Shown piece after piece: positions 1 to 9,951 of a DNA stretch of 64,000 nt. The notes below the pieces were generated by a model. That model ran no database searches and had not been told where the DNA came from. It saw nothing but the letters and a program-made list of their open reading frames with translations. The DNA lies in NCBI GenBank assembly GCA_046952735.1, contig JBKUJR010000002.1, positions 28,852 through 92,851 of the forward strand. Direction: 5' to 3'. The first letter of the stretch is position 1. Each line of letters begins with the position of its first letter. Both the position numbers and the translations under genes were made by a program. This stretch comes from Clostridia bacterium (lineage in GTDB: Bacteria > Bacillota > Clostridia > UBA1212 > UBA1255).

Positions 1-769
1 CCGTTACCATTTTACCGGTAGGACGGGATCCGATCGGCATGCCGAACGCTTCGCCGATGGAAACGCGCACTGCCGGCGCCGTCTGGAAAATGACGTATTT
101 TTCCGGATCGGCGATTGCATCCCATACTTCTTTGATTTCGCTCTTCTCCTGCAGCGCGCCGGTCGGGCAAACTGCGATACATTGTCCGCAATTTACGCAC
201 GGCGTCTCTGCAAGGGGCTTTCCGAACGCACATCCGATCACGGTCCGGAATCCGCGCTCCATCGTGTCGATGACGCCTACGGTCTGCACGTTCTTACAGA
301 CGCTGACGCATCTGCGGCACAAGATACATTTATTCGGATTTCTGATGATGGAAGGAGACATATCGTCGATCGGCAGAACTTCTTTCCCTCCGATGGCGTC
401 GAAGCGGATATCCGTAACGTTCAGTTCTTTTGCCAGCCGCTGCAATTCGCAGTTTTCCGAGCGAACGCACGTCAGACATTGTCTGTCATGGTTCGAAAGG
501 ATCAGCTCGAGGGTGATCTTCCTGGCTTTTCTGACTTTTTCGGAATTGGTGATGACTTCCAGCCCTTCCGATACCGGATAGACGCATGCCGCCTGAAGCG
601 CTCTGGCTCCTTTGATCTCCACAACGCACATTCTGCAGGCGCCGATTTCATTGATGCCCTTCAGATAGCAAAGCGTCGGGATTTTTATGTTTGCGTTCCT
701 TGCCGCTTCGAGTATGGTGGTGCCCTCGGGAACCTGCATCGAAACGCCGTCTATTTTAATATTGACCAT
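1..769 (-). CDS. hydA: [FeFe] hydrogenase catalytic subunit HydA, N-terminal 256 aa; the gene continues past the window start
   Basis: Reverse-strand translation starting at ATG 767-769 gives MVNIKIDGVSMQVPEGTTILEAARNANIKIPTLCYLKGINEIGACRMCVVEI..., a plant-type 2Fe-2S ferredoxin domain, followed by CxxCxxC / CPTGAL 4Fe-4S motifs. This is the typical N-terminus of trimeric/tetrameric HydA. The frame stays open to position 1. It starts 20 nt after the nuoF-like stop. Confidence 0.85.
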   Translation of the reverse strand, partial: MVNIKIDGVSMQVPEGTTILEAARNANIKIPTLCYLKGINEIGACRMCVVEIKGARALQAACVYPVSEGLEVITNSEKVRKARKITLELILSNHDRQCLTCVRSENCELQRLAKELNVTDIRFDAIGGKEVLPIDDMSPSIIRNPNKCILCRRCVSVCKNVQTVGVIDTMERGFRTVIGCAFGKPLAETPCVNCGQCIAVCPTGALQEKSEIKEVWDAIADPEKYVIFQTAPAVRVSIGEAFGMPIGSRPTGKMVT

Positions 770-790
770 ATCTGTAAAACCTCCGTTCCT

Positions 791-2581
791 TTATTCCTTC
801 ACGATTGCGCCGAATTTGCACTTTTCCATACATGCTCCGCATTTTACGCACTTAGAACTGTCGATGACGTACGGAGAACGAATCTCGCCGTGGATACAAC
901 CCACGGGGCAGTTTTTCGCGCATACGCTGCAGCCTTTACATTTCGATGCGATGATTTTATATTGGAGAAGATCTTTGCAGACGCCTGCGGGACATTTTTT
1001 ATCCACGACATGCGCTACATACTCATCTTTAAAATAGCGGAGCGTGCTGAGTACCGGATTCGGCGCCGTCTGGCCAAGTCCGCAGAGAGCCGAAGCCTTG
1101 ATTGCGGCAGCAAGCTCATAAAGGTCGTCGATATCTTTGAGCTCGCCTTTGCCTTTGGTGATTTTATCCAGTATATCATACATCCGCTTTGTTCCGATCC
1201 GGCACGGCGGGCATTTTCCGCACGATTCCTCAACGGTAAACGCAAGGAAAAATTTCGCGATATCGACCATACAGGTATCTTCATCCATGACGATCAATCC
1301 GCCGGAACCCATCATGGATCCGATTTCGATCAGCGTATCATATTCGATCGGCGTATCGATCAGACTGGCCGGAATACAGCCGCCGGATGGACCGCCTGTC
1401 TGCGCCGCTTTGAACTTTTTGCCGTTTGGAATCCCTCCGCCGATGTCATAAATGATATCGCGCAGCGGCGTACCCATCGGGATTTCGACAAGACCCGTAT
1501 TTTTAATCTTGCCGCCCACTGCAAAAACCTTCGTACCTTTGCTTCTTTCAGAGCCTATGGTAGAGAACCAGTCCGCGCCTTTGAGGATAATCTGCGGAAT
1601 GTTGGCATATGTTTCCACATTGTTCAATATGGTAGGCTTTTGGAACAGCCCTTTCACTGCCGGGAACGGAGGCCGCGGCCGCGGTTCGCCCCTATGCCCT
1701 TCGATACTCGTCATCAGCGCCGTTTCTTCCCCGCAAACGAAAGCCCCGGCTCCCAGGCGGATTTCGATGTCAAAGGAGAAATCCGTCCCGAATATATTAT
1801 TTCCCAAGAGTCCGTAAGATTTGGCCTGCTCAATTGCGATCTGGAGACGCGATACCGCAATCGGATATTCCGCTCTTACATAGATGTAACCCTGATCCGA
1901 GCCGATCGCATATCCGGCGATCGCCATCGCTTCTAATACGACGTGCGGATCGCCTTCGAGTACGCTCCGGTCCATAAATGCGCCGGGATCGCCTTCATCC
2001 GCGTTACAGCACACATATTTCTTGTCAGAAACGCTTTTGCGCGCAAAATCCCATTTTCTTCCCGTTGGGAAACCGGCGCCGCCGCGCCCTCTGAGTCCCG
2101 ATTTCAATATGGTATCGATCACTTCTTCCGGCGTCATTTCCGTAACGACTTTTCCAAGCGCCGCATATCCGTCGTAGGCTATGTACTCATCTATATTTTC
2201 CGGGTTGATCCTGCCGCAGTTGCGAAGCGCTACGCGCATTTGCTTTTTAAAGAATTCGCTTTCCTGGACATCGGTTTCTTCCGCCGTTTTCTCCGTCTGT
2301 TCTAAGAGGCGTTTCACGATTCTGCCTTTCACCAGGTGTTCCGTTACGATTTCCTGCACGTCTGCTTTCGTAACGCGGCAATACATTGCGCCTTCGGGGT
2401 AAACCACGACGATCGGCCCTTCCGCACACAAACCGAAGCATCCCGTTTTGACGATTTTCACTTCATTTTCTATTCCCGCTTCCTGCAGGCGCTGTTCGAA
2501 TTCATCGAATAAAACTGCCGATCCGGACGATGTGCAGCCGGTTCCCGCACACACCAGCACGTGTGATCTGTAAAATTGCAT
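791..2581 (-). CDS. NADH-binding NuoF-like subunit of the bifurcating [FeFe] hydrogenase (HndC/HydB type), 596 aa
   Basis: N-terminal thioredoxin-like 2Fe-2S segment (HVLVCAGTGC), a NuoF 51-kDa core (GLRGRGGAGFPTGRKW, FMN/NAD binding) and C-terminal 2x[4Fe-4S] Cys clusters. A GGAGG RBS precedes the ATG at 2581. Confidence 0.9.
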   Translation of the reverse strand: MQFYRSHVLVCAGTGCTSSGSAVLFDEFEQRLQEAGIENEVKIVKTGCFGLCAEGPIVVVYPEGAMYCRVTKADVQEIVTEHLVKGRIVKRLLEQTEKTAEETDVQESEFFKKQMRVALRNCGRINPENIDEYIAYDGYAALGKVVTEMTPEEVIDTILKSGLRGRGGAGFPTGRKWDFARKSVSDKKYVCCNADEGDPGAFMDRSVLEGDPHVVLEAMAIAGYAIGSDQGYIYVRAEYPIAVSRLQIAIEQAKSYGLLGNNIFGTDFSFDIEIRLGAGAFVCGEETALMTSIEGHRGEPRPRPPFPAVKGLFQKPTILNNVETYANIPQIILKGADWFSTIGSERSKGTKVFAVGGKIKNTGLVEIPMGTPLRDIIYDIGGGIPNGKKFKAAQTGGPSGGCIPASLIDTPIEYDTLIEIGSMMGSGGLIVMDEDTCMVDIAKFFLAFTVEESCGKCPPCRIGTKRMYDILDKITKGKGELKDIDDLYELAAAIKASALCGLGQTAPNPVLSTLRYFKDEYVAHVVDKKCPAGVCKDLLQYKIIASKCKGCSVCAKNCPVGCIHGEIRSPYVIDSSKCVKCGACMEKCKFGAIVKE

Positions 2582-2602
2582 ATATTATGTCCTCCTTTGC
2601 CG

Positions 2603-2971
2603 TCAGTCTTCCACTGCGCCTATGGTATATTCGCTGACTACCTTACCATTCACAATATGATCCGTAACGACGCGCACAGCTTTCTCCGCCGTCATTTTTA
2701 CGTAAGTAACTTTTGTTCCGTCTTTGTCGATGACTTCCACGATAGGCTCTAAACGGCACATTCCGATACAGCCCGTCATTGCCACAGTGGCATTTGTGAT
2801 ATTTCTTTTGCGGATTTCGTCGACAAACGCGTTCATAACCGGTCTGGCGCCCGCTGCGATCCCGCAGGTAGCCATGCCCACGATGATCCGCATCCCCTCG
2901 GTCCCGTTTCTCATGGAAATTTCATTCTGCGTTTTTTCTTTAATTGCTTTTAATTCAGCTAACGATTTCAT
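2603..2971 (-). CDS. thioredoxin-like [2Fe-2S] ferredoxin (HndB-like small hydrogenase subunit), 122 aa
   Basis: Cys spacing in MATCGIAAGA...MTGCIGMC... is typical of NuoE/HndB-like 2Fe-2S proteins. It sits between the HATPase gene and nuoF-like, as in clostridial hnd/hyd operons. Confidence 0.7.
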   Translation of the reverse strand: MKSLAELKAIKEKTQNEISMRNGTEGMRIIVGMATCGIAAGARPVMNAFVDEIRKRNITNATVAMTGCIGMCRLEPIVEVIDKDGTKVTYVKMTAEKAVRVVTDHIVNGKVVSEYTIGAVED

Positions 2972-3518
2972 TCAGAACACCTCCGAAAATAATTTGAACA
3001 TTCTCATTAATATACTCTTTGATCCACTGCAGGATATCATATTCCGTAATCGGCGTATCGCCGAGCTCCGCTTTTACTTCTTCCGTATCGAATGTAAAAT
3101 TTCCTTTGGAAGATCGCAGTTGTAATAAAAACCGCGTATCCGGCGCGCCGGAAATCAAAAATTCCATCGTTTCCCCCAGATCTCCGAGCGGCAGCCTGTC
3201 GATATTGGCAATCTCAAAGCTTCCCGACAGCTTCGTACCCGCGTTCAGCTTCGAACGGATTTCGAAACGGCCTCCGGCCTGTTCGCAGGCCAGTTTGAAA
3301 AACGGGATTCCCATCCCCACTTTCCGCGTTTTACGGCTGGTGGTAAAAGGATCTTCTACCGCCTTTAAAAAATCTTCGCTCATTCCGCAACCGTTATCTT
3401 CGATCTGAACTGCGAGCAGCGCAGCTTCGGCAGAAACGGCAATCCGAATGGAATTTGCGCCCGCGGTAACGGAATTTTGCGTCAGGTCCAGAATATGCAG
3501 TGAAATATCGCGCAGCAT
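2955..3518 (-). CDS. histidine-kinase-like ATPase (HATPase_c) domain protein embedded in the hydrogenase operon, 187 aa
   Basis: Bergerat ATPase motifs: N-box ...SVTAGANSIRI..., G1 EDNGCGM, G2 GMGIPF. It has no DHp or sensor domains. Its position between nuoE-like and the ferredoxin is conserved in Thermoanaerobacter-type hyd operons. Confidence 0.65.
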   Translation of the reverse strand: MLRDISLHILDLTQNSVTAGANSIRIAVSAEAALLAVQIEDNGCGMSEDFLKAVEDPFTTSRKTRKVGMGIPFFKLACEQAGGRFEIRSKLNAGTKLSGSFEIANIDRLPLGDLGETMEFLISGAPDTRFLLQLRSSKGNFTFDTEEVKAELGDTPITEYDILQWIKEYINENVQIIFGGVLNEIVS

Positions 3519-3524
3519 GGGAAA

Positions 3525-4004
3525 TCAGTATTTCTCTAAAATCCCCGGGACATCCTCCGGAACGAGCCTTCCGTATACGTCGTTATTGATCGTAATAACC
3601 GGAGCAAGACCGCAGGCGCCGATGCAGCGGCATGCGTCGAGAGAAAATTTCCCGTCCTCCGTGCAGTCCCCCACCTGGATATCGAGCGCTTCTTTAAATT
3701 TATCTAAAACGAGATCGGCTCCTTTTACATAACACGCGGTGCCCAGACATACGGATATTTTATATTCTCCTTTCGGTTTCAAGGAGAACTGCGCATAAAA
3801 CGTTACGACGCCGTATACTTCGGCCAGCGGTATATCCATACCCTCCGCAATAATTTTCTGAACCTCCATGGGCAGATATCCGTAAATCAGCTGTGCTTCG
3901 TGAAGTACGTGGATCAGGGAACCTTGCTTGTCTTTGTTCGCCTCGATGATTTCCTGTAACTTGACGAGCTTTTCGTCGCAGTTGCAGTCACATGTGTTCG
4001 CCAT
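3525..4004 (-). CDS. NuoE-like [2Fe-2S] subunit of the bifurcating hydrogenase (HndA/HydC), 159 aa
   Basis: Thioredoxin-like 2Fe-2S NuoE family: CLGTACYVKG ... CRCIGACGLAPV. It is the first gene of the structural operon. Confidence 0.9.
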   Translation of the reverse strand: MANTCDCNCDEKLVKLQEIIEANKDKQGSLIHVLHEAQLIYGYLPMEVQKIIAEGMDIPLAEVYGVVTFYAQFSLKPKGEYKISVCLGTACYVKGADLVLDKFKEALDIQVGDCTEDGKFSLDACRCIGACGLAPVITINNDVYGRLVPEDVPGILEKY

Positions 4005-4061
4005 ATAATTTAACCTCCATTTTAGTAAATATTTGTTAAATACATACTTTTCAACCCTACG

Positions 4062-4090
4062 ATTATATCGCAGCTTCCAATAAATATCAA
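4062..4090 (-). promoter_or_regulatory. sigma-A-type promoter for the hydrogenase structural operon (TTGATA-17-TATAAT on the minus strand)
   Basis: The minus strand reads TTGATAtttattggaagctgcgaTATAAT, with the -10 element about 55 nt upstream of the nuoE-like ATG. It lies in the 106-nt gap after the PHP gene. Confidence 0.55.
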
Positions 4091-4110
4091 CAGCAAAATT
4101 CAGACGCTTT

Positions 4111-4851
4111 TTATAATATTCTTCCTTCTTTCAAAGCATCCAGGATCCCCCCGGCGGTTGTCTCCTCTACTGCGAGGAGCGCTCTGCCGTCTTCTTGTAT
4201 TTTATCAAGATAATGCGCATCTGACGATGGCAATAGTTTGTAATTTTCCAATAACGGGTAATTTTGCAATAATATGTCCCTGTCGCAGCCGCTTGAAATT
4301 TCCACGAACGGATTTGCATATCCGTACGGCAGCGCGCCGAGATTCGTAAGCACGCTGTAGGAATCCCGATCTACATGCGCCGGGTAAGCGATCCCCCCCA
4401 GCGAAGCTGCAATTTCAAAGGAATCGTCTATGGTGATTCCCGTAGGGGCAAGGAGCATGTGGGCAAGCTCTCCGCAAATTTCGTCTTCCGCGTTATAAAG
4501 GAATTGTCTTCCGAAAATTTCCGCGCGGTTCGGCGGTATGGCCCCATTGTAAGAAGCCGTTACCCGTTCCTGAAAACATGCCAGACGCTCTAAGTCCGGG
4601 AAAAGGCAAACCACATGGATCTCTTCCGCAGTTTCAAGTTCCATCCCCGGAATGACCGTGATACCGAAGCGCTTTCCCAATATCACGGCAGCTTCCGAAT
4701 TTTGAGACGCATTGTGATCCGTTACGGCAATCGCGGAAAGTCCGTTGAGTTTCGCCATACCGACAATGTTCCCCGGGGTCATCGATTCATCTGCGCACGG
4801 AGAAAGCGCGGAATGGATATGCAGATCAACCGATACGTTTTGATAGCTCAT
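4111..4851 (-). CDS. PHP-domain metal-dependent phosphoesterase, 246 aa
   Basis: N-terminal VDLHIHSALSPC (HxH metal-binding) and DHN motifs of the PHP family. This family is commonly linked to [FeFe]-hydrogenase clusters in Clostridia. Confidence 0.8.
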   Translation of the reverse strand: MSYQNVSVDLHIHSALSPCADESMTPGNIVGMAKLNGLSAIAVTDHNASQNSEAAVILGKRFGITVIPGMELETAEEIHVVCLFPDLERLACFQERVTASYNGAIPPNRAEIFGRQFLYNAEDEICGELAHMLLAPTGITIDDSFEIAASLGGIAYPAHVDRDSYSVLTNLGALPYGYANPFVEISSGCDRDILLQNYPLLENYKLLPSSDAHYLDKIQEDGRALLAVEETTAGGILDALKEGRIL

Positions 4852-5191
4852 ATGCCGTAATAATCAGTTCGGCTGCCTGCAGCGGCGTGGAAAGCAGCGT
4901 TACTTCCCGTTCCCGCGCTTTTTCAGCCAACACGTCGGGAATTTCGATTCCTTCCGGAATGACGATGCAGGCTACCTCTACCAGAGAGGCGACGGCCAGG
5001 ATATTGATATTGTTCATTACCGTCACCCATAAATCGCCCTCTTTTGCATGCGAAATCGCCCAGCTCAGCAAGTCGCACGCATAAAATCCGGAGATTTCCC
5101 GATCCGGATCGCCCGTTACCAATTTTAATTTGCATGGCTCAAGAAGATCACTGATTTTCATCTTCCGCCTCCGTTCCGTCTGTAAAACCAT
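4826..5191 (-). CDS. DRTGG domain protein, about 110-121 aa
   Basis: Small CBS-associated DRTGG-type fold (…VMNNINILAVASLVEVACIVI…). The likely true start is the internal Met near 5161 (MKISDLL). It overlaps its neighbours on both sides. Confidence 0.6.
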   Translation of the reverse strand: MVLQTERRRKMKISDLLEPCKLKLVTGDPDREISGFYACDLLSWAISHAKEGDLWVTVMNNINILAVASLVEVACIVIPEGIEIPDVLAEKAREREVTLLSTPLQAAELIITAYELSKRIG

Positions 5192-6485
5192 TGTCGAACA
5201 TCATCATTTCATTTGCAAGCCGCTTGATTTTTCTGCGCAAAATAAAAATACAGTCGGTCATTCTAGCTTTTCCGCGAACGACGTCTTCCGCCAGTGCCCT
5301 GCAGCTCGGAGAACCGCAGGCCCCGCAGTCCAGCGCCGGCAGTTTTTCATAAATTTCATTCATTTTTTTGAGTTTTTCCATCGCTTTCGTCATATCCGGA
5401 TCAAGAATACTGACGTTGCAATGCACAAGCGGTTTTTCCCATGCGGTATCTTTCAATTCTTCCGGCTCGAGTTCTCTGTAAAGCGCGGGGGTATCCTCCA
5501 GTTGCTGACGGTTCCGGTTCTTGGCGACATACAGATTTTCCACCGTCAGCGGCCCGCCGGTACAGCCACCTGTGCAGGCAGAGGTCTCGATAAAATCGAT
5601 GTCTTTGATTTTATCGTCTTCGAGATCTTCCAGGATTTTGACTACATTCTGGATTCCGTCGACATAAAGGACACGCTTCGTATCGATCGCAAGCGCCTCT
5701 CCCCCGGTAGAGGCCCATCGGACGCCGTATTTCCCCGCCTGGAGCAGAATTTCATCTACATTTTCCGCCCGCATTTTCGCCAGCTGCTTGAGCAGCTTGA
5801 AATAAACCATCTTGATGGGGATGACGCCGTTTACATTCGAATGCGCTACATCGAGCGGTGCTTTTGTACTCGTCATTTTTGCGGCGCATGGGGAAAGGAA
5901 AAAAACGCCGACTTCCTCCGGAGGGACATGGTTCATTGCGCAAAATTCCCGCCGTGCGTTCTGTGCCGCAATCTCCATCGGCGATTTGATCGGGATCAAA
6001 TTCGGGATCAAATTCGGGTATCGGATCTGGATCAGGCGTACCACCGCCGGGCACGCCGAAGAAATCAAAGGGAATTCTCCTAAGTGCGCATATAAATATT
6101 CATTGCTCTGATGCGTGACGATTTCCGCTCCGCGCGCTACTTCATAGATATAATCGAATCCCAGCGCCTTCAGCGCGGCGATGATATGTTTTCTCGTATA
6201 TAGGTTCATGTCGAACTGCATATATAAAGACGGCGCAGGCAGCGCAATCGTATATTTATATTCCGCAAGCTGATCCCAGGAATCCGTATGCGCGACTTTC
6301 GCTTTATACGGACATGTCCGGATGCATTCGCCGCAGTCGATACATTTGTCATTCAGGATTCTCGCTTTCCCGTTTTGCACGCGGATCGCTTCTGTCGGAC
6401 ATTTTTTGATGCAATTGGTGCAGCCTTTGCAGAGCTTCTCATCCAGTAATACCGAATGGCTGTATGCTTCGGACATCCCGAACAC
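5148..6485 (-). CDS. sensory-type [FeFe]-hydrogenase-like protein (HydS-like, no PAS domain), 445 aa
   Basis: N-terminal 2x4Fe-4S ferredoxin motifs (CKGCTNCIKKCP, CIDCGECIRTCP). H-cluster-like motifs L1 SSACPAVV (TSCCP with the second Cys replaced by Ala), L2 SPCAAK, L3 ETSACTGGCTGGP. A C-terminal extra Cys cluster CGACGSPSC. Confidence 0.75.
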   Translation of the reverse strand: MFGMSEAYSHSVLLDEKLCKGCTNCIKKCPTEAIRVQNGKARILNDKCIDCGECIRTCPYKAKVAHTDSWDQLAEYKYTIALPAPSLYMQFDMNLYTRKHIIAALKALGFDYIYEVARGAEIVTHQSNEYLYAHLGEFPLISSACPAVVRLIQIRYPNLIPNLIPIKSPMEIAAQNARREFCAMNHVPPEEVGVFFLSPCAAKMTSTKAPLDVAHSNVNGVIPIKMVYFKLLKQLAKMRAENVDEILLQAGKYGVRWASTGGEALAIDTKRVLYVDGIQNVVKILEDLEDDKIKDIDFIETSACTGGCTGGPLTVENLYVAKNRNRQQLEDTPALYRELEPEELKDTAWEKPLVHCNVSILDPDMTKAMEKLKKMNEIYEKLPALDCGACGSPSCRALAEDVVRGKARMTDCIFILRRKIKRLANEMMMFDNGFTDGTEAEDENQ

Positions 6486-6509
6486 CCCCTTATCATGAAA
6501 AATATGTAT

Positions 6510-6986
6510 TTACGCGATATTTACGATCAGCGTTACAACGGTTCCTTCTCCCACTTTGCTTTCGATTTGCATATCGTCCGTATAACGCTGCATATTTGGA
6601 AGGCCCATTCCGGCGCCGAAGCCAAGTTCCCGGACGGTTTCCGGCGCGGTGGACCATCCAGCGGTCATTGCCTGTGCGATATCCGGGATTCCGGGACCGT
6701 GATCCGATATTTTAACCGTCACTTTCTCAGGGGTAATTTCAATATCCGCTTCTCCGCCGCCAGCGTGTATGACAGCGTTGATTTCCGCTTCATACATGGC
6801 GATCGCTACGCGTTTGACCACCGCCGGATTGACGCCGATCTTGTTGAGCGTCCGTTTGACGCCGCTGGAGGCTTCTCCCGCTGCGGAAAAATCGACCGCA
6901 TCGATATCATAATGTAACGTTAACGCCTGATCGCTCAATCCCAGACACCCTTTCCTATGATTCCGGCGCTGTAAAGCTTTCCGCAT
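6510..6986 (-). CDS. RsbW/SpoIIAB-like anti-sigma-factor-type Ser/Thr protein kinase (HATPase_c), about 140-158 aa
   Basis: GHKL ATPase motifs (…EAEINAVIHAGGG…, DHGPGIPD, GFGAGMGLPNM) with no DHp domain. The start is probably an internal Met. Confidence 0.65.
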   Translation of the reverse strand: MRKALQRRNHRKGCLGLSDQALTLHYDIDAVDFSAAGEASSGVKRTLNKIGVNPAVVKRVAIAMYEAEINAVIHAGGGEADIEITPEKVTVKISDHGPGIPDIAQAMTAGWSTAPETVRELGFGAGMGLPNMQRYTDDMQIESKVGEGTVVTLIVNIA

Positions 6987-7291
6987 GTAATAAACAAGGG
7001 ATGCTTGGTCGTAAGGATCGTGATCCCCATTTCTTTTGCAAGCGATATGATATTTTCACCGGGTATTTTACCCCGTACGAAACAGATGACCTTGATATCC
7101 ATCATTTCACACGTTCTGACTACCTGCGGATTGACCAGGCCCGTACAAAGGATAACGCTTTCCTTCACGAACGCCATCACGTCGCTCATCAGATCCGCTC
7201 CGCAGCCCGAATAAATTTCAAGATCCATATTTTCTTCGCCGGTAAGAATCTCCGCTTCCAAAATTTCGACTATTTCTCTTACTTTCAGCAT
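6935..7291 (-). CDS. DRTGG domain protein (second copy), 118 aa
   Basis: DRTGG-type sequence, paralogous to 4826..5191. Its ATG shares one nucleotide with the valS stop codon (minus strand TGATG). Confidence 0.6.
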   Translation of the reverse strand: MLKVREIVEILEAEILTGEENMDLEIYSGCGADLMSDVMAFVKESVILCTGLVNPQVVRTCEMMDIKVICFVRGKIPGENIISLAKEMGITILTTKHPLFITCGKLYSAGIIGKGVWD

Positions 7292-9951
7292 CAGACATCA
7301 AACCTCTTTCTTAAATTCTCAAGTCGTTCGGCGACATTGTCATACATCTGTTTATATTTTACCAGCTTTGCTTTTTCTTCGTCAACCACTTTCTGAGGTG
7401 CTTTTGAGGTGAAATTTACATTTTCAAGCTTGGCGTTCACACGTCCCAGCTCTTTTTCGAGATTTTCTTTTTCTTTTGACAGGCGTTCCATTTCTTTTTC
7501 AAAATCGATCAGTTCATCCAAAGGTATATATATTTCCGCGCCGGCTACGACGGCTGCCGCGGCGTCTTCGGGAATGCCTGTTTTATTTTCCTGGAGCGAA
7601 ATACCGGAGGCGTATGCAAGGCGCTGGAAAAGCTGCTCCGCATTCCGGATCACGTCCGCTTCCCTGCCGCCTGCTACGAATATAATGCGGGCTTTGCGGG
7701 ACACCGGCACGTTCATCTCCTGACGGATATTCCGTATTGCGCGGATTGCGCTGATGACCAGAGCCATGTCTTTTTCCTCCGTCGGATATTCCTGCGCCGG
7801 ATCGTATTCCGGCCATTTAGAGATCATTATGCTTTGCGCGTCTTTATAAAGGCTCTGATACAGTTCTTCCGTAATAAACGGCATAAACGGGTGGAGGAGC
7901 TTCAGGCATTTTACGAGGACTTCATTGAGCACATACTGCGCTTCCAATCTGGAAGGCGCCGCGTCGTCGAACAAGCGCGGCTTTACGAATTCGATGTACC
8001 AGTCGCAAAAATAATCCCACATAAAATCATATACCTTGGCAAGGGCTACGCCAAGTTCAAATTTTTCCAGATTTTCCGTTACTTCTCTGACCAGCGTATT
8101 GCAGGCGGATAAAATCCACTTGTCCGCCGCAGTGAATTTTTCCGGATCGAGCTGCCTGAAATCCGGTTCATCGTCGAAATTCAGAAGTACGAAGCGCGTA
8201 GCGTTCCAGATCTTGTTGGCAAAATTCCGTGCGGCTTCCACTTTCTCCGGAAGATATCTTTGGTCGTTCCCCGGCGCATTCCCGGAGGTCAGCGCAAAGC
8301 GCAGCGCGTCCGTACCGTATTCGCTGATAACTTCCAGCGGATCGATTCCATTTCCAAGGGATTTCGACATTTTCCTCCCCTGTGAATCCCGTACGAGCCC
8401 ATGGATCAGGACATACTTGAAAGGCGGTTCCCCCATTTGTTCGCAGGCGGAGAAAATCATACGCGCGACCCAGAAAAAGATAATGTCATAGCCCGTAACC
8501 AACACGTCCGTTGGATAAAAATATTGCAAATCCTCCGTCTGCCGGGGCCAGCCTAATGTGGAGAAAGGCCATAATGCAGAGCTGAACCAGGTATCCAGCG
8601 TGTCGGGATCCTGCCGAAGCGCAGAGGCGCCGCAATGCGGGCAGCGCTCCGGTTTTGTTTTTGCAACGATCGTTTCGCCGCACGCATCGCAATAATAAGC
8701 GGGGATGCGATGCCCCCACCAGAGCTGGCGGGAAATGCACCAGTCCTGGATATTTTCCATCCAGTTATAATAAATTTTTGAAAAGCGATCCGGCACGAAT
8801 TTTACCTTGCCCGTTTTTACGGCATCAATGGCCGGTTCCGCCAGAGGCTTCATCTTTACATACCATTGCTTGGAGACCATCGGTTCTACGACCGTACCGC
8901 AGCGCTGGCACGTTCCGACGTTATGCTTATGCGGTTCTGTCTTTACCAGCAGCCCCAGCGCATCAAGATCCGCTATGATCTGTTTCCGCGCTGCGTATCG
9001 CTCCATTCCGCGGTATTTTCCACCGTTTTCATTGATAAAGCCGCGATCGTCCATGATTTTGATCACTTCGAGTTCATGGCGTTTTCCAACCTCAAAGTCG
9101 TTCGGATCGTGTGCCGGCGTAATTTTAACAGCGCCCGTACCGAAGCCGAGCTCGACGTATTCATCTGCAATAATCGGAATTTCTTTATCCATCAAGGGCA
9201 AAATCAACTTTTTCCCGATTAAATGGCGATATTTTTCGTCTTCCGGATTTACTGCGACTGCCGTGTCGCCAAGCATCGTTTCCGGACGCGTCGTTGCGAT
9301 CATCAGGGATCCGCTTCCATCCGCAAACGGATAATCGATGTACCAGAAGCTGCCGTCAAGCTCTTTATACTCCACCTCGATATCGGAAATAGAGGTATTA
9401 CAGTGCGGGCACCAATTCGTAATCCTTTCTCCGCGGTATATGAGCCCTTTTTCATAGAGCTTTATAAATACTGTAAGGACCGCTTCAGACAACCCCTCAT
9501 CCATCGTAAAACGCAGTCTGCTCCAATCGCAGGAGCTTCCCAGACATTTCAGCTGGTTTACGATCCGGTTGCCGTACAATTCTTTCCATTCCCAGGCTCT
9601 TTTCAGAAAGGCTTCTCTGCCGACGTCTTCTTTCGTCAGTCCCTCCTTTGCCATGGCGTCCACGATCTTTGCTTCTGTCGCAATACTTGCGTGGTCGGTG
9701 CCCGGCACCCAGAGCGCGGAAAAGCCCTGCATCCTTTTGAAGCGGATCAGGATATCCTGCAGCGTATTATCGAGCGCATGTCCCATATGCAGCTGTCCCG
9801 TGATATTCGGAGGCGGGATCACGATGGTAAAAGGTTTTTTATCAGGATCTGCTTTTCCCTTAAAATATCCTTTTTCTTCCCAATTCTGATAGATTCTTTG
9901 TTCAACGCAGGCAGGATCGTAAACCTTTGCCATGGTATCAGCCTTTTTCAT
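7291..9951 (-). CDS. valS: valine--tRNA ligase, 886 aa
   Basis: Class I aaRS HIGH motif ([15 protein letters not shown]) and KMSKS ([10 protein letters not shown]), editing domain, and C-terminal coiled coil. A GGGAGG RBS lies upstream. Confidence 0.97.
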   Translation of the reverse strand: MKKADTMAKVYDPACVEQRIYQNWEEKGYFKGKADPDKKPFTIVIPPPNITGQLHMGHALDNTLQDILIRFKRMQGFSALWVPGTDHASIATEAKIVDAMAKEGLTKEDVGREAFLKRAWEWKELYGNRIVNQLKCLGSSCDWSRLRFTMDEGLSEAVLTVFIKLYEKGLIYRGERITNWCPHCNTSISDIEVEYKELDGSFWYIDYPFADGSGSLMIATTRPETMLGDTAVAVNPEDEKYRHLIGKKLILPLMDKEIPIIADEYVELGFGTGAVKITPAHDPNDFEVGKRHELEVIKIMDDRGFINENGGKYRGMERYAARKQIIADLDALGLLVKTEPHKHNVGTCQRCGTVVEPMVSKQWYVKMKPLAEPAIDAVKTGKVKFVPDRFSKIYYNWMENIQDWCISRQLWWGHRIPAYYCDACGETIVAKTKPERCPHCGASALRQDPDTLDTWFSSALWPFSTLGWPRQTEDLQYFYPTDVLVTGYDIIFFWVARMIFSACEQMGEPPFKYVLIHGLVRDSQGRKMSKSLGNGIDPLEVISEYGTDALRFALTSGNAPGNDQRYLPEKVEAARNFANKIWNATRFVLLNFDDEPDFRQLDPEKFTAADKWILSACNTLVREVTENLEKFELGVALAKVYDFMWDYFCDWYIEFVKPRLFDDAAPSRLEAQYVLNEVLVKCLKLLHPFMPFITEELYQSLYKDAQSIMISKWPEYDPAQEYPTEEKDMALVISAIRAIRNIRQEMNVPVSRKARIIFVAGGREADVIRNAEQLFQRLAYASGISLQENKTGIPEDAAAAVVAGAEIYIPLDELIDFEKEMERLSKEKENLEKELGRVNAKLENVNFTSKAPQKVVDEEKAKLVKYKQMYDNVAERLENLRKRFDV

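Noticed and set aside
182-1936. 584-aa plus-strand ORF across the hydA/nuoF-like region.
   Set aside because: It lies antisense to two well-supported hydrogenase genes and has no recognisable motifs.
5752-6111. ORFs of 100 and 99 aa inside the HydS-like gene, plus the GATCAAATTCGG/GATCAAATTCGGG tandem at 5990-6025.
   Set aside because: They are internal to a well-supported CDS. The short tandem duplication encodes the repeated peptide IPNLIPNL within the protein and is in-frame. It is not an independent element.
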